From an uncultured Gemmatimonadales bacterium (GTDB taxonomy: Bacteria > Gemmatimonadota > Gemmatimonadetes > Gemmatimonadales > GWC2-71-9): a stretch of 64,000 nucleotides of DNA. Shown piece by piece: positions 9,040-18,337 of the stretch. The stretch lies in NCBI GenBank assembly GCA_963825065.1, contig CAWGRU010000004.1, positions 727,184-791,183 of the forward strand, given 5' to 3'. The notes beneath the pieces were generated by a model. The model worked only from the letters and a program-made list of their open reading frames with translations. It did not search any database and had not been told where the DNA came from. The translations under genes and the position numbers were made by a program. Every line of letters starts with the position of its first letter. Position 1 is the first letter of the stretch.

Positions 9040-9809
9040 GCGGCACCCTCGCCGTCGCGGAGCTGGGCCGGGTGCCGTACCACGAGGCGCACGCCCTGCA
9101 ACGAGCGCTCGCGGAGCGCCGGATCAGCGGCGCCCTGGATCGGGACGTGCTCCTGCTACTCGAACACGAACCGACCATCAGCCTGGGCCGCGGCACCAGG
9201 GCCAGCAGCCTTCCCCTCTCCCCCGCAGCCCTCGCCGAACGGGGGCTGACGGTCGTCGAGGTGGAGCGCGGCGGTGACGTGACCTGGCATGGGCCTGGGC
9301 AGTTGGTCGGGTACCCCATCCTCGACCTGAGCCACCACAAGCAGGACCTGCACTGGTACCTCCGCCAGGTCGAGCAGGTCGTCATCGTGGCGCTGGCACG
9401 GCTGGGAATCGCCGCGGAGCGGAATCCGGGATACACCGGGGTGTGGACCGGGGGGCGAAAGATCGCCAGCATCGGCGTCCACGTCCGCCACTGGGTGACC
9501 ACCCACGGTTTCGCCCTGAATGTGACCAACGCGCTGGATGATTTCGGGTTGATCGTGCCCTGCGGAATCAGCGGGGTCGAGATGACGAGCGTGGCGCGGG
9601 AACTCGACGACTCGACACCTCGGCACCCGAGCGGCCAATCGGAGCCACCGGCAACCCGGCGGCAGCAAGGGAGCCCGGAGGAGCTATGGCAGCAGGCGAT
9701 CAGGGCGGTCTCCCAGAGCACCGCCGAGGTATTCGCGCTGACGCCCGTCCCGGTCACGCTTGCTCAGCTTGTGCCGGAGGGAACCGCGCGGACCGCCCCG
9801 GCGTACTAG
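9036..9809 (+). CDS. lipB: lipoyl(octanoyl) transferase
   Basis: LLLLEHEPTISLGRG...RGGDVTWHGPGQLVGYPIL...KIASIGV. GGAGG RBS. Confidence 0.85.
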   Translation: MSGTLAVAELGRVPYHEAHALQRALAERRISGALDRDVLLLLEHEPTISLGRGTRASSLPLSPAALAERGLTVVEVERGGDVTWHGPGQLVGYPILDLSHHKQDLHWYLRQVEQVVIVALARLGIAAERNPGYTGVWTGGRKIASIGVHVRHWVTTHGFALNVTNALDDFGLIVPCGISGVEMTSVARELDDSTPRHPSGQSEPPATRRQQGSPEELWQQAIRAVSQSTAEVFALTPVPVTLAQLVPEGTARTAPAY

Positions 9810-9855
9810 TGGCGTCCCGAGCATCAGGCCCGGGAATGCCTTCTCGGGAGTTCGC

Positions 9856-10482
9856 ATGAGCCAGCGCATCGACGTCCGCACCACCGACCGCAATCGCCTG
9901 CCGCCGGGCCAGATCGTCACCCGGAAGTGGCCGGTCCTGCACTACGGCACCGTTCCCTCGGTCGACCGCGCCGCCTGGCGGCTCACGGTGACCGGCGCGG
10001 TCGAGCAGCCTTTCGAGCTGACCTGGGACCAGCTGCTCGCCTTCCCCCGGCAGGAGACGCTCTGTGACATCCACTGCGTCACGCGCTGGAGCCGCTACGA
10101 CAACCTGTTTGAGGGGATCCCGGTGATGGACATCCTCGGCCAGGCGAAGCCCGGTCCCGAGGCGAAGTTCGTGCTGATCCACGCCGAGCATGGCTTCACG
10201 ACGAATCTGCCGATCGAGGATCTGGCGCTGCCGGCGAACATCCTGGCTCTGAGGCACAACGGTCAGGAACTGGACCCGGAGCATGGCGGCCCGGTCCGGC
10301 TGGTGATTCCGCACCTGTATTTCTGGAAGAGCGCGAAGTGGATCCGCGGCTTCGAGTTCCTGGAGGACGACTACCCGGGATTCTGGGAGCAGAACGGGTA
10401 CCACATGCGTGGCGAGCCGTGGGCGGAGGAGCGGTATGGCCGCCCGGATCCGGCGCGGATGCGGCGGGGACCGAGGAAATAG
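9856..10482 (+). CDS. sulfite-oxidase-like molybdopterin oxidoreductase (small SUOX-fold protein)
   Basis: ...CDIHCVTRWSRYDNLFEGIP...GGPVRLVIPHLYFWKSAKWIRGFEF.... Start placed at ATG 9856 (MSQRID), preceded by GGGAG. Confidence 0.75.
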   Translation: MSQRIDVRTTDRNRLPPGQIVTRKWPVLHYGTVPSVDRAAWRLTVTGAVEQPFELTWDQLLAFPRQETLCDIHCVTRWSRYDNLFEGIPVMDILGQAKPGPEAKFVLIHAEHGFTTNLPIEDLALPANILALRHNGQELDPEHGGPVRLVIPHLYFWKSAKWIRGFEFLEDDYPGFWEQNGYHMRGEPWAEERYGRPDPARMRRGPRK

Positions 10483-10573
10483 AGTGCACCGAAGTTGTCA
10501 ACCGGTGAAGCGCAACCGGTCGGTAGCCTCCGCCATTGCGTTTCGTCGGAGCCGGGGGCATTCTCACTATCCT

Positions 10574-11137
10574 ATGACTGCCCCGACCGAGCGTCGCCCT
10601 CCCGAGGCGCAGGCCGACCAACTGGTCCGAGATATCCTGAAAGCGGCCCACGGGTGGGCGCGTGAGGCCCCGCCTGCCGTTCAGCCCGCGGTGCGGGCGG
10701 TGTGCATCCGGCTGGGAGAGATGGTCGCCGACCAGCGGAACTTCTTCGCGCCCCTCCCGGGACCACAGGAAGCGGAACGACAGCAGGTACTGGCGCTGGT
10801 GGCCAACCGGCTGACGGTCGCGGCGGCCTCCGAGGGGCTCGAGCGGCAGTTGGCGGAACTTAACGAACTCGAACTCAAGTCCACTTCGTCGTGGGCGCTG
10901 GTCCCGGCGGCGCAGGGGGAGTGGGTGTCGACCGCAGTGCAGTATCTGGAGAGCTGCGCCCGGGAGGTGCCGGCCGACCAGCGTCCCGACCCGTACTGGG
11001 CTGACGATGTGGTGGCCGGGGTCATCGCGTCGGTTCGGGCCGTGCTCGGCATCGATGAACTGCACGCCCGCACGGAGACGCAGTACCCCGGAGGACGGCG
11101 GACGACGGGCGAGCAGCAGGTACCGGAGGAAGAGTAG
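10574..11137 (+). CDS. hypothetical protein
   Basis: 187 aa from ATG 10574 with protein-like composition. I recognise no motif. Confidence 0.45.
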   Translation: MTAPTERRPPEAQADQLVRDILKAAHGWAREAPPAVQPAVRAVCIRLGEMVADQRNFFAPLPGPQEAERQQVLALVANRLTVAAASEGLERQLAELNELELKSTSSWALVPAAQGEWVSTAVQYLESCAREVPADQRPDPYWADDVVAGVIASVRAVLGIDELHARTETQYPGGRRTTGEQQVPEEE

Positions 11138-11158
11138 CGAGCCCGCTTCCCCTTCCCT

Positions 11159-12529
11159 CTATCGCTTCCCCGTCTTCGCGAACAACTCCATGAACCGCCC
11201 GAAGACGTTGATTCCCTCCCAGAGCTGATGCAGGTCGAGCTTTTCGTTGGGTGAGTGCAGACCGTCGTCGGGCAATCCGATGCCGGTGAGCAGCACCGGT
11301 GCCCCCATGGTGCCCAGCCGCGGAATGATGGGGATCGATCCGCCGGCACGCACCCGGACCGCCGGCTTCCCGACCACCTCCCTGAACGCCTCGTCCAGCA
11401 CCGCGAACGCCGGAGCCGTGGTGTCCACCTGCACCGGGTCTCCACCGTGCAGGATCTTGAGCTGCACGTCGGCATACTTGGGCGCGGCGGCCCGGGCGGC
11501 GCGCTCCAGCCACTTCGAGACGTCGGCGAAGGGGAGGCCCGGTACCAGCCGGAGGCTGACCTTGGCGGTAGCCACCGCCGGGATCACCGTCTTGGCGCCC
11601 TCGCCGACGAAGCCGCCCTTGATGCCGTGGATCTCGAAGGTGGGCAGCGCCCAGGTGCGCTCGAACACGGAGAACTTCTTGAGCCCGGTCAGCGCCTTGC
11701 CCGTGACTTCGTCCCGCAGAAAGTCCTTCTTCCTGAAGGGCAGCTTGTTCCAGTCCCGGAGCTCCGCCTTGGAGGGCGGCACCACGGACTTATACAGCTT
11801 GGGAATGTTGATCCTGCCGTCCTCGTCCTTGAGGTCGGCCAGCAGGCGCACCAGCGTCTCGAGCGCGTTGGGCGCGACACCGCCGTAGGTGCCGGAGTGC
11901 AGGTCGCGCTGGAGCGTCCGGACGGTCAGCTCGGCGTAGCACATGCCGCGCAGCGCGGTATACACCCCGGGGATCCCCGGGGCGTAGTATGACATGTCGC
12001 AGACCAGCGCGGCGTCGGCCTTGGTGCGCTCCGGCTCCCGCTTGAGGAGCTCGTCGATCATGTGACCGCCGCACTCCTCCTCCCCCTCGAAGATGAAGTG
12101 CACGTTGAGCGGCGGACGGCCCCTCGCGTCGCGGATGGCCTCGTAGGCACGCAACAGGCAGAAGACCTGGCCCTTGTCGTCGGCAGTGCCCCGGGCGTAC
12201 AGCTTGCCGTCGCGCACCGTCGCCTCGAAGGGGGGGGTGTGCCACTCGTCGAGGGGGTCCACCGGCTGAACATCGTAGTGCCCGTAAATCAGGAGCGTCG
12301 GCGCGTTGGGGATCTTCGGTCCCTCCGCCCAGACGATGGGATGGCCGTCCCCCTCGATGAGCTGGACGACGGGGCAACCCAGCCGGGTGAGGTCGGTCAT
12401 CAGCCACTCGGCGGCGCGGCGGCAGTCGGCGGCGTGGCTGGGCAGGGCGCTGATGCTGGGAATGGCGAGGAACTCGGTGAGCTCGCGCAGGAGACGCGAC
12501 TGCTCGCGGGTGGCAAAGGAGGTATCCAT
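11159..12529 (-). CDS. M20-family dipeptidase/peptidase
   Basis: IYGHYDVQP, ARGTADDKGQ, FEGEEECGG. Start placed at ATG 12529 (MDTSFATRE...). Confidence 0.85.
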   Translation of the reverse strand: MDTSFATREQSRLLRELTEFLAIPSISALPSHAADCRRAAEWLMTDLTRLGCPVVQLIEGDGHPIVWAEGPKIPNAPTLLIYGHYDVQPVDPLDEWHTPPFEATVRDGKLYARGTADDKGQVFCLLRAYEAIRDARGRPPLNVHFIFEGEEECGGHMIDELLKREPERTKADAALVCDMSYYAPGIPGVYTALRGMCYAELTVRTLQRDLHSGTYGGVAPNALETLVRLLADLKDEDGRINIPKLYKSVVPPSKAELRDWNKLPFRKKDFLRDEVTGKALTGLKKFSVFERTWALPTFEIHGIKGGFVGEGAKTVIPAVATAKVSLRLVPGLPFADVSKWLERAARAAAPKYADVQLKILHGGDPVQVDTTAPAFAVLDEAFREVVGKPAVRVRAGGSIPIIPRLGTMGAPVLLTGIGLPDDGLHSPNEKLDLHQLWEGINVFGRFMELFAKTGKR

Positions 12530-12674
12530 GGGGGGATAAGGTACAGCGAGAACGGGAGCGGGAGAAGAGAGCGCATCGTCACACCATGAAGCCACCGCTG
12601 GGACACCGGACATGTGCTGCGGACTGGCGACGCACCCTCTAGCGCTCCGCACGACGCACGGTACATTCGCGCGC

Positions 12675-13781
12675 ATGTACTCCACGGACCAGTTCCGCGT
12701 CTTCCCCGGAGCGCCGGCCGACCGCCTGCTCTCCCGGCCGCGCCGCCTCCTGCAGGAGGGGCGCGTCGCGGAAGCCGAACAGGCCTATGAAGCGCTGGTG
12801 ATGGCCCAGCCCGAACTGAAGCAGGCGTGGCTGGAACTCTTCACCCTGCTGCGGCAGACGGGCCGCCACCCGGCGGCACTCGCTCTGGCCGAACGGTGTG
12901 TGGCTCAGCTAGGCGAAGATGCCTTGCCGGCGGCGCTCCGCGGCGCCGCGCTGGTCGAGCTGGGCCGTTTCCGGGAAGGGCTCGCCGCCCTCGACGATGC
13001 GGCCTGTCGCGATCCCAATCTCGGACTGATCTGGCACGAGGCGGGCTACGCCGCCTTCCGGCTCGGCGAGCTCTCCCGCGCCCTGATGGCGCTCGACCGG
13101 GCCTTCGCGCTCGAGCCGCACGGCAGCACTCTCCATCTCCGCGGTCAGGTGCTCCGTCAGGCAGGACGCTACCTCGCCGCCGAGGTGGCGTTCGAGGGGG
13201 CGGCGGAGGCCGCGGAATTCGCGGAGCAGCGGAGCGCGGCGGAGGCGGAGATCCGGGTGACCCGTCGGTATGCGCTGTTCCCCGGCTCACGGCCGGATAC
13301 CCTGCCTCCGCTCTCCCGCTGGTTCGCGGAGACCGGCGCGGTGCCGCTGACCGGCAGCGGGGGGAGCGCCGCCACCGATGCCGACCTCGCCGCCGCGGTG
13401 GTGAATCTCGCCCGGGACCTGGGATGGCGGTTCTCCGTGCTGGTGGCGCTCGACGCCTGGGAGGGATGGTACGATCTGGCGAAGGCCCTCGGCACTCCCG
13501 TTGCGGCGCTGATGCCGAGCGACGCTTCGGCCATACCCCTCATCGCGGTCCGGGACCCCACCGCCCATGCGCAGTGGAGCAGCTTCGCGTCGGCGCCGAT
13601 GGAGTCGGGTCGCGGTCTGTCGCTCGCGCTCCGTCAGCCGACGGAAGCCGCCGCGGCCGATCTCACCGGCCAGCTCGGAGGAACTCCGCCGCATGCCGTT
13701 GATGAGGGGTTCGCCCGGGAGGCGGCGTTGCATCCGGAAGGCCGGCTGGCCGGCCGGATGCTGAGTCGAGCCGCCCCATAG
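12675..13781 (+). CDS. TPR-repeat protein with uncharacterised C-terminal domain
   Basis: The N-terminal ~210 aa are Ala/Leu-rich 34-aa helical repeats (AEQAYEALV...). Start placed at ATG 12675. Confidence 0.6.
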   Translation: MYSTDQFRVFPGAPADRLLSRPRRLLQEGRVAEAEQAYEALVMAQPELKQAWLELFTLLRQTGRHPAALALAERCVAQLGEDALPAALRGAALVELGRFREGLAALDDAACRDPNLGLIWHEAGYAAFRLGELSRALMALDRAFALEPHGSTLHLRGQVLRQAGRYLAAEVAFEGAAEAAEFAEQRSAAEAEIRVTRRYALFPGSRPDTLPPLSRWFAETGAVPLTGSGGSAATDADLAAAVVNLARDLGWRFSVLVALDAWEGWYDLAKALGTPVAALMPSDASAIPLIAVRDPTAHAQWSSFASAPMESGRGLSLALRQPTEAAAADLTGQLGGTPPHAVDEGFAREAALHPEGRLAGRMLSRAAP

Positions 13782-13816
13782 CCGCGCTGCCAGCACGTCA
13801 TCGCGAGCCCGCAATT

Positions 13817-14288
13817 CTACCGCTTGAAGACCCGATCCACCCACTGCACGGAGTTGCGGTACAGACCCGGCAGCCGTCCGACCGACACATCCGCCGCCTC
13901 CGCCAGCTCCCTCAGTCCCTCCCAGTACGCCCGCGCATCGCAGAGCACGACCGCCCACACCGCGGAGAGGCTGGTGCGGCGGGCCGAGTAGGCTGTCCCG
14001 GATTTCCGCGGACACGGGCATGTGGCTGAGTGCCTCCTCCATCGGGCGACCGAGAAGACTGTCGAGAGACGTCGCGCGAGGCTTGAAGAACGCCGCCTTC
14101 TCCGCCACGAGTCTGTCGAGCCCGAAGCCAATCAGGCGGTGTCCATCAGCCACAGGGACGCCTTGTTCGGGTCGTTGCGGCCAAAGAGATCTTCGGTGCT
14201 GGAACGAACGAGCAGCCCGTACGCCATGACCTCGCGGCGGCGGTCGAAGATCGGCTGTCGCGCGACGAAGATTTTGATGCGGCGGGGA
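13817..14288 (-). pseudogene. remnant of an EAL/HDOD (COG3434-like) signalling protein: two frameshifts, large internal deletion, no clear start
   Basis: Three minus-strand frames read, in order, IKIFVARQPIFDRRREVMAYGLLVRS... (stop), then LIGFGLDRLVAEKAAFF...SAEIRDSLLG, then SLSAVWAVVLCDARAYWEGLRELAEAADVSVGRLPGLYRNSVQWVDRVFKR. Together they are about 155 aa, against about 400 aa for intact family members. Confidence 0.45.
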
Positions 14289-15130
14289 TCAGGTGGTTTG
14301 CAGGACGGGGAGGGCGGCCCGCATGGCGTCGGCGGTGGGCCAGCGCTCCTCGCGCAATTTGGCCAGTGCCCGGGTGATGGCCCCCACGAGCTGTGGCGGA
14401 CAATCCGGACGGTACTCGAGCAGGTTGGGGATCGGCGCGGTCTGGTGCTTGGTCAGTACCATGTCCTCGAATGGGTCGTCGAACGGCGGCCGCCCCGCGA
14501 GACACTCGAACAGCACGCAGCCCAGCGAATAGAGGTCGCTGCGCGGATCGATGCCCTCGTACCCGCTGATCTGCTCCGGGCTCATGTAGGCCGAAGTGCC
14601 CACCGCGAAGCCCGAGCGGGTGAGCCGGTCGGAGCCGGCTTCCGAGATCGCCTTGGCGATGCCGAAATCGAGCAGCACCGCCCCCGCGCGCGCCAGCATG
14701 ATGTTCTCCGGCTTGACGTCACGGTGCACCACGTCCCGGCCGTGGGCACAGGCCAAGGCCCCCAGCATGTCATGTCCGATATGAATGGTGTCCGCGATCG
14801 AGAGCTTGCGGGTCCGCTCGAGCTGCTGCCGGAGGGTGGGGCCGTCCACGTACTCCATCATGTACCAGAGCAGCCATTCGCTCTCCCCGAAATCCACCAG
14901 CCGGGCGATTCGGGGATGGACCAGGCGGGAGACGACCTTGATCTCCCGAAGGAACCGCTCGGCGGTGACGCTCGCCGCGAGCTGCGGGTGGAGCACCTTC
15001 AGGGCGAGCTGCTCACCCGCCGGCCCCCGGGCCATGAACACCCGGGAGGCCCCCCGCGCCCGATCTCCCGCTCGACGGTATACCGGCCGGCGAGCGCATG
15101 GCGAATGAGGGGGAGTAGATCACGACCCAT
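14289..15130 (-). pseudogene. Hanks-type Ser/Thr protein kinase, frame broken by a 1-nt indel (pseudogene or consensus error)
   Basis: The N-terminal piece MGRDLLPLIRHALAGRYTVEREIGRGG is in one frame. The rest, VFMARGPAGEQLALKV...HRDVKPENIML...LLDFGIAK...SPEQ, is in another. The junction is a C6 run at 15050-15055. Confidence 0.7.
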
Positions 15131-15267
15131 GGATGCTCCACGGGAAACCGGTGCGGGATGGGTAAGTAGCGGGCTGAGCCCCGGCGCCGCAAGGGGACCG
15201 GCGGGGGTTTCCAACCAGCGCCACCATTCGCCTGTCGAAGATCCGTTCCCCAGCCAGGAGATCTGCC

Positions 15268-16323
15268 GTGCCCCGTCTGTTTGCCTGCGTGACGCTCGCC
15301 GCCGCCGCGGCCACCCCCCTCGCCGCCCAGCAGTCCAGATCCTATACCCTCGCCGGCGCCGATGTGGCCATCTATGACCTCGTCGGCACGGTGACCATCG
15401 CCGGCGGCACGGGGTCCGCCGTGTCGGTCGAGGTGACGACCGCGGGCGCCGACGCCAGCCGGCTGACCGTGGAGAACAGCGAGGTCCGCGGCCGGCCCAC
15501 CCTGCGGGTGATATACCCCGAGGACCGGATCGTCTATCCGGTGCTGGGCCGAGGCTCCAATACCAGCCTCACGATCCGCGAGGACGGCACCTGGGGTGGC
15601 TCCGACCAGGGGTGGCACGACCGTTCGGAAGGCCGGAGAATCACCATCCAGGGCGAGGGGAAGGGATTGGAGGCCGCCGCGGACCTGCGGATTACCGTCC
15701 CCACCGGGAAACGGCTCGCGGTCTATGTGGGCGTGGGCCGGGTCCAGGTGACCAACGTCGATGGCGAGTTGCGGGTCGACGCCGCCGCGGCCGAGGTCAC
15801 CTCGCGCAGCACCAGGGGTCGGCTCGCCATCGAGACGGGGGCCGGAGATGTCGCCGTCGATGACGCGAGCGGCAGCATCTCCCTCGAGACCGGATCGGGT
15901 GACGTGAGGATCAACCGGATCCGCGACGGCGACCTGAAGCTCGAGACCGGGAGTGGCGCGGTCGAAGGGAGCGGCATCACCGTCGGCACCGCCGACATCG
16001 AGACCGGCTCCGGCGACATCCGGATCGACGCCGTCGCCTCCCCCCGGCTCTCCCTCGAGACGGGGAGCGGCTCGGTGAACGCCACACTGACCGCCGGACC
16101 CGAGATGCTGCACGCGGAGACCGGTTCGGGCGATATCACGGTGCGTCTCCCCGACAACACCAGCGCCAGCGTTGACCTTGACACCGGCAGCGGAGATTTC
16201 CAGGTGGAGTTCCCGCTGCAACTCATCAGGAAGGGCAATGGCAATCTCCGCGGCACCGTGGGAGATGGCCGTGGCCGGATCGAGATCGAGACTGGCTCTG
16301 GAGATATCGCGCTGCTGAAGTGA
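15268..16323 (+). CDS. DUF4097-like beta-strand repeat protein (secreted)
   Basis: Signal peptide ...AAATPLAAQQ and about seven ETGSGD(V/I) repeats. AGGAG RBS. Confidence 0.75.
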   Translation: MPRLFACVTLAAAAATPLAAQQSRSYTLAGADVAIYDLVGTVTIAGGTGSAVSVEVTTAGADASRLTVENSEVRGRPTLRVIYPEDRIVYPVLGRGSNTSLTIREDGTWGGSDQGWHDRSEGRRITIQGEGKGLEAAADLRITVPTGKRLAVYVGVGRVQVTNVDGELRVDAAAAEVTSRSTRGRLAIETGAGDVAVDDASGSISLETGSGDVRINRIRDGDLKLETGSGAVEGSGITVGTADIETGSGDIRIDAVASPRLSLETGSGSVNATLTAGPEMLHAETGSGDITVRLPDNTSASVDLDTGSGDFQVEFPLQLIRKGNGNLRGTVGDGRGRIEIETGSGDIALLK

Positions 16324-16334
16324 CGGAGGGGAGA

Positions 16335-16354
16335 GGCGGAGCGCCGGCTCCGCC
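16335..16354. terminator. bidirectional hairpin between convergent genes
   Basis: GGCGGAGC-gccg-GCTCCGCC, an 8-bp perfect stem. Confidence 0.45.
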
Positions 16355-16364
16355 CCTGCCCTGT

Positions 16365-17453
16365 TCAACGTATGATCGAGGCGGTCGTGTCGGCCCGTTC
16401 CAGCCGCGCAAATGCGCTGTCCCCCTCGGCGCCCTGCATCAACGTATCGAGTGCGGCGACCGCCACCCTGATGTCGGCGCCGTGCCCCTGGTACCACCGC
16501 TCGAAGAGGTCCAGGTGGGTGCGGTAGATGGTCGCGGCGATCAGCCGCGCGTTGTTCACCGGCCGGTCGGCCATCGGGCCGATGCTGTAGGTCTTCAGGC
16601 GCTGGCCCACCTCCCCCTCCAGCTGCTCGCGCGCCCATCGCCCCAGCGCCGCCCGGCCGCTGTCCACCGCGACCGAGTCATGCGTCGTCCGATACAGCGT
16701 GTCGAGCCGTGCGCTGAGCTCGGCATAGTACCCGCTCAGCACGACCTCATCCAGCCAGCGATTCGCCGCCTGTTCGGCCGCCGCGGTTGAACCCCGGCGC
16801 CGGAAGAACTCCTCGGCCGCCCGATAGCCAGCCAGCTGGGCGAAGCTCTCGTTGAACGGGGTCGCGCTCTTCACGTACAGGGTGTTGTGGGCAATCTCGT
16901 GCAGCACCGTGGCCGCCAGCTCGACCGAGTCGTGACTCATCGCCGTCGAGTAGAGCGGGTCGTTGAACCAGCCGAGGGTCGAAAAGGCGCCCGCCGGCCG
17001 GAGGTAGATGTCGTAGCCCTTCCGCTCCAGCTTGTCGGCCTCCTTCCTCGCCATCTTCGGATCGAAGAAGCCCTTGTAGGGGATCCGGCCGACGATCGGA
17101 TACTTCCAGGTGAAGGGGCACAGACAGTTCCGCGGACTCGCCGAAAGCACCAGCAGCAGGGTGTCGCGGCCGATGTCGGCATAGGTGGTGTAGGTCTTCC
17201 TGGCGTCGTAGCCCAGCTCTGCCGCGAAGTCCCGCGCATCCAGGACCAGCTGCAGCGAGCCGCGGGTGTCGGCATCGGTCTTCGGGTCCTGGAGGATGTC
17301 GGCGATGGGACGCCGGGCCTCGAGAATCGCCGTCTGCTCGATCCCGGCCCGGGTGAGATACCGGACATCTTCGCTGGCCACGTAGGCAGTGCCATACCCG
17401 GCCATCAGGGCCCCGACGATGATCAGGAAGACCATGCAACCTCGCCGTCGCAT
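16365..17453 (-). CDS. predicted aminopeptidase (DUF2265-like zinc peptidase)
   Basis: N-terminal TM segment MVFLIIVGALMAGYG and motif VLHEIAHNTLYVKSATPFNESFAQLAG. Its start overlaps the upstream stop (TGATG). Confidence 0.75.
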   Translation of the reverse strand: MRRRGCMVFLIIVGALMAGYGTAYVASEDVRYLTRAGIEQTAILEARRPIADILQDPKTDADTRGSLQLVLDARDFAAELGYDARKTYTTYADIGRDTLLLVLSASPRNCLCPFTWKYPIVGRIPYKGFFDPKMARKEADKLERKGYDIYLRPAGAFSTLGWFNDPLYSTAMSHDSVELAATVLHEIAHNTLYVKSATPFNESFAQLAGYRAAEEFFRRRGSTAAAEQAANRWLDEVVLSGYYAELSARLDTLYRTTHDSVAVDSGRAALGRWAREQLEGEVGQRLKTYSIGPMADRPVNNARLIAATIYRTHLDLFERWYQGHGADIRVAVAALDTLMQGAEGDSAFARLERADTTASIIR

Positions 17454-18337
17454 CAGAGGGTGAAGCGCAGACCGAGCCGGTGGACCTGGTTACCGAGCTT
17501 GGTGCGACGCTGCCAGGCGTAGTCGATGTTGAAGCGACTGAGCACCAGGCCGCCGCCGAGGGAGACCTGCTTCTGCCCCGATGCCTGCGGCGCGGCGCCG
17601 TACCCCAGCCGGCCGACCAGCCCGACCTTCCCCAGTACCGCCCCCGCCTCGACACCCATCACCGTCCGGCGTGGCGCCCGCGCCGTCCAGGCCACCTCCA
17701 GCGTGCCCAGCAGCCGGAAGGTCTCCTGCGGGTCGGTGAAGTTGAAGGTGAACCCCGTGCGCTTGCTGATCGGGAGCTGCATCGGGCCGCCGGTCACCCG
17801 CCAGCTGCCGATGTTCTCGACGGCAAAGCCGAGCGTCATCAGGTCGAAGATGTGGATGCCGAGACCGAGATTGGTCGTCGCGGAGCGTCGGGTCTGCCGG
17901 AGCGAATCCTCCAGCGACACGTACTTGAGCGTTCCGCCGAGCGCGAAGAAACCGAAGCGGTACACCCCCGAGGCGGTCCACTGCAGGTTGTCGATGACGC
18001 TGGAGGTGTCGCTGAATCTCAGGTACTGGATCCCACCACCGAGATCGAATTGAAAAAGGCGAAAGGCGCCCGCTGCCATCCCTTCGACCGTGCCGTCGGG
18101 GTAGCGCTGTGCCGCGGCCTCGATGGCGATGTTGCGGATGGTGGCGAGCCCCGCGGGGTTGGTGAAGGTCGCGCTCGCATCCCCGGAGAGCGCCACGCTC
18201 GCCCCGCCGAGCCCCGCGGCGCGGACCGAGACCGGCAGGGTGAGAATCAGCGGCAGGGGCGAACTCTGTGCGGCCAGCGGCGCGGCACCGCCCAGCAGTA
18301 CAATTGCCAGCGAGGCGGCGCACCGCGGACCCCTCAT
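17453..18337 (-). CDS. outer-membrane beta-barrel protein, PorV/PorQ-like
   Basis: Signal peptide ...APLAAQS, motif RAAGLGGASVALSGDASATFTNPAGLA, and alternating strands to the C-terminal ...LGLRFTL. Start placed at ATG 18337, which overlaps the upstream stop (ATGA). Confidence 0.6.
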   Translation of the reverse strand: MRGPRCAASLAIVLLGGAAPLAAQSSPLPLILTLPVSVRAAGLGGASVALSGDASATFTNPAGLATIRNIAIEAAAQRYPDGTVEGMAAGAFRLFQFDLGGGIQYLRFSDTSSVIDNLQWTASGVYRFGFFALGGTLKYVSLEDSLRQTRRSATTNLGLGIHIFDLMTLGFAVENIGSWRVTGGPMQLPISKRTGFTFNFTDPQETFRLLGTLEVAWTARAPRRTVMGVEAGAVLGKVGLVGRLGYGAAPQASGQKQVSLGGGLVLSRFNIDYAWQRRTKLGNQVHRLGLRFTL

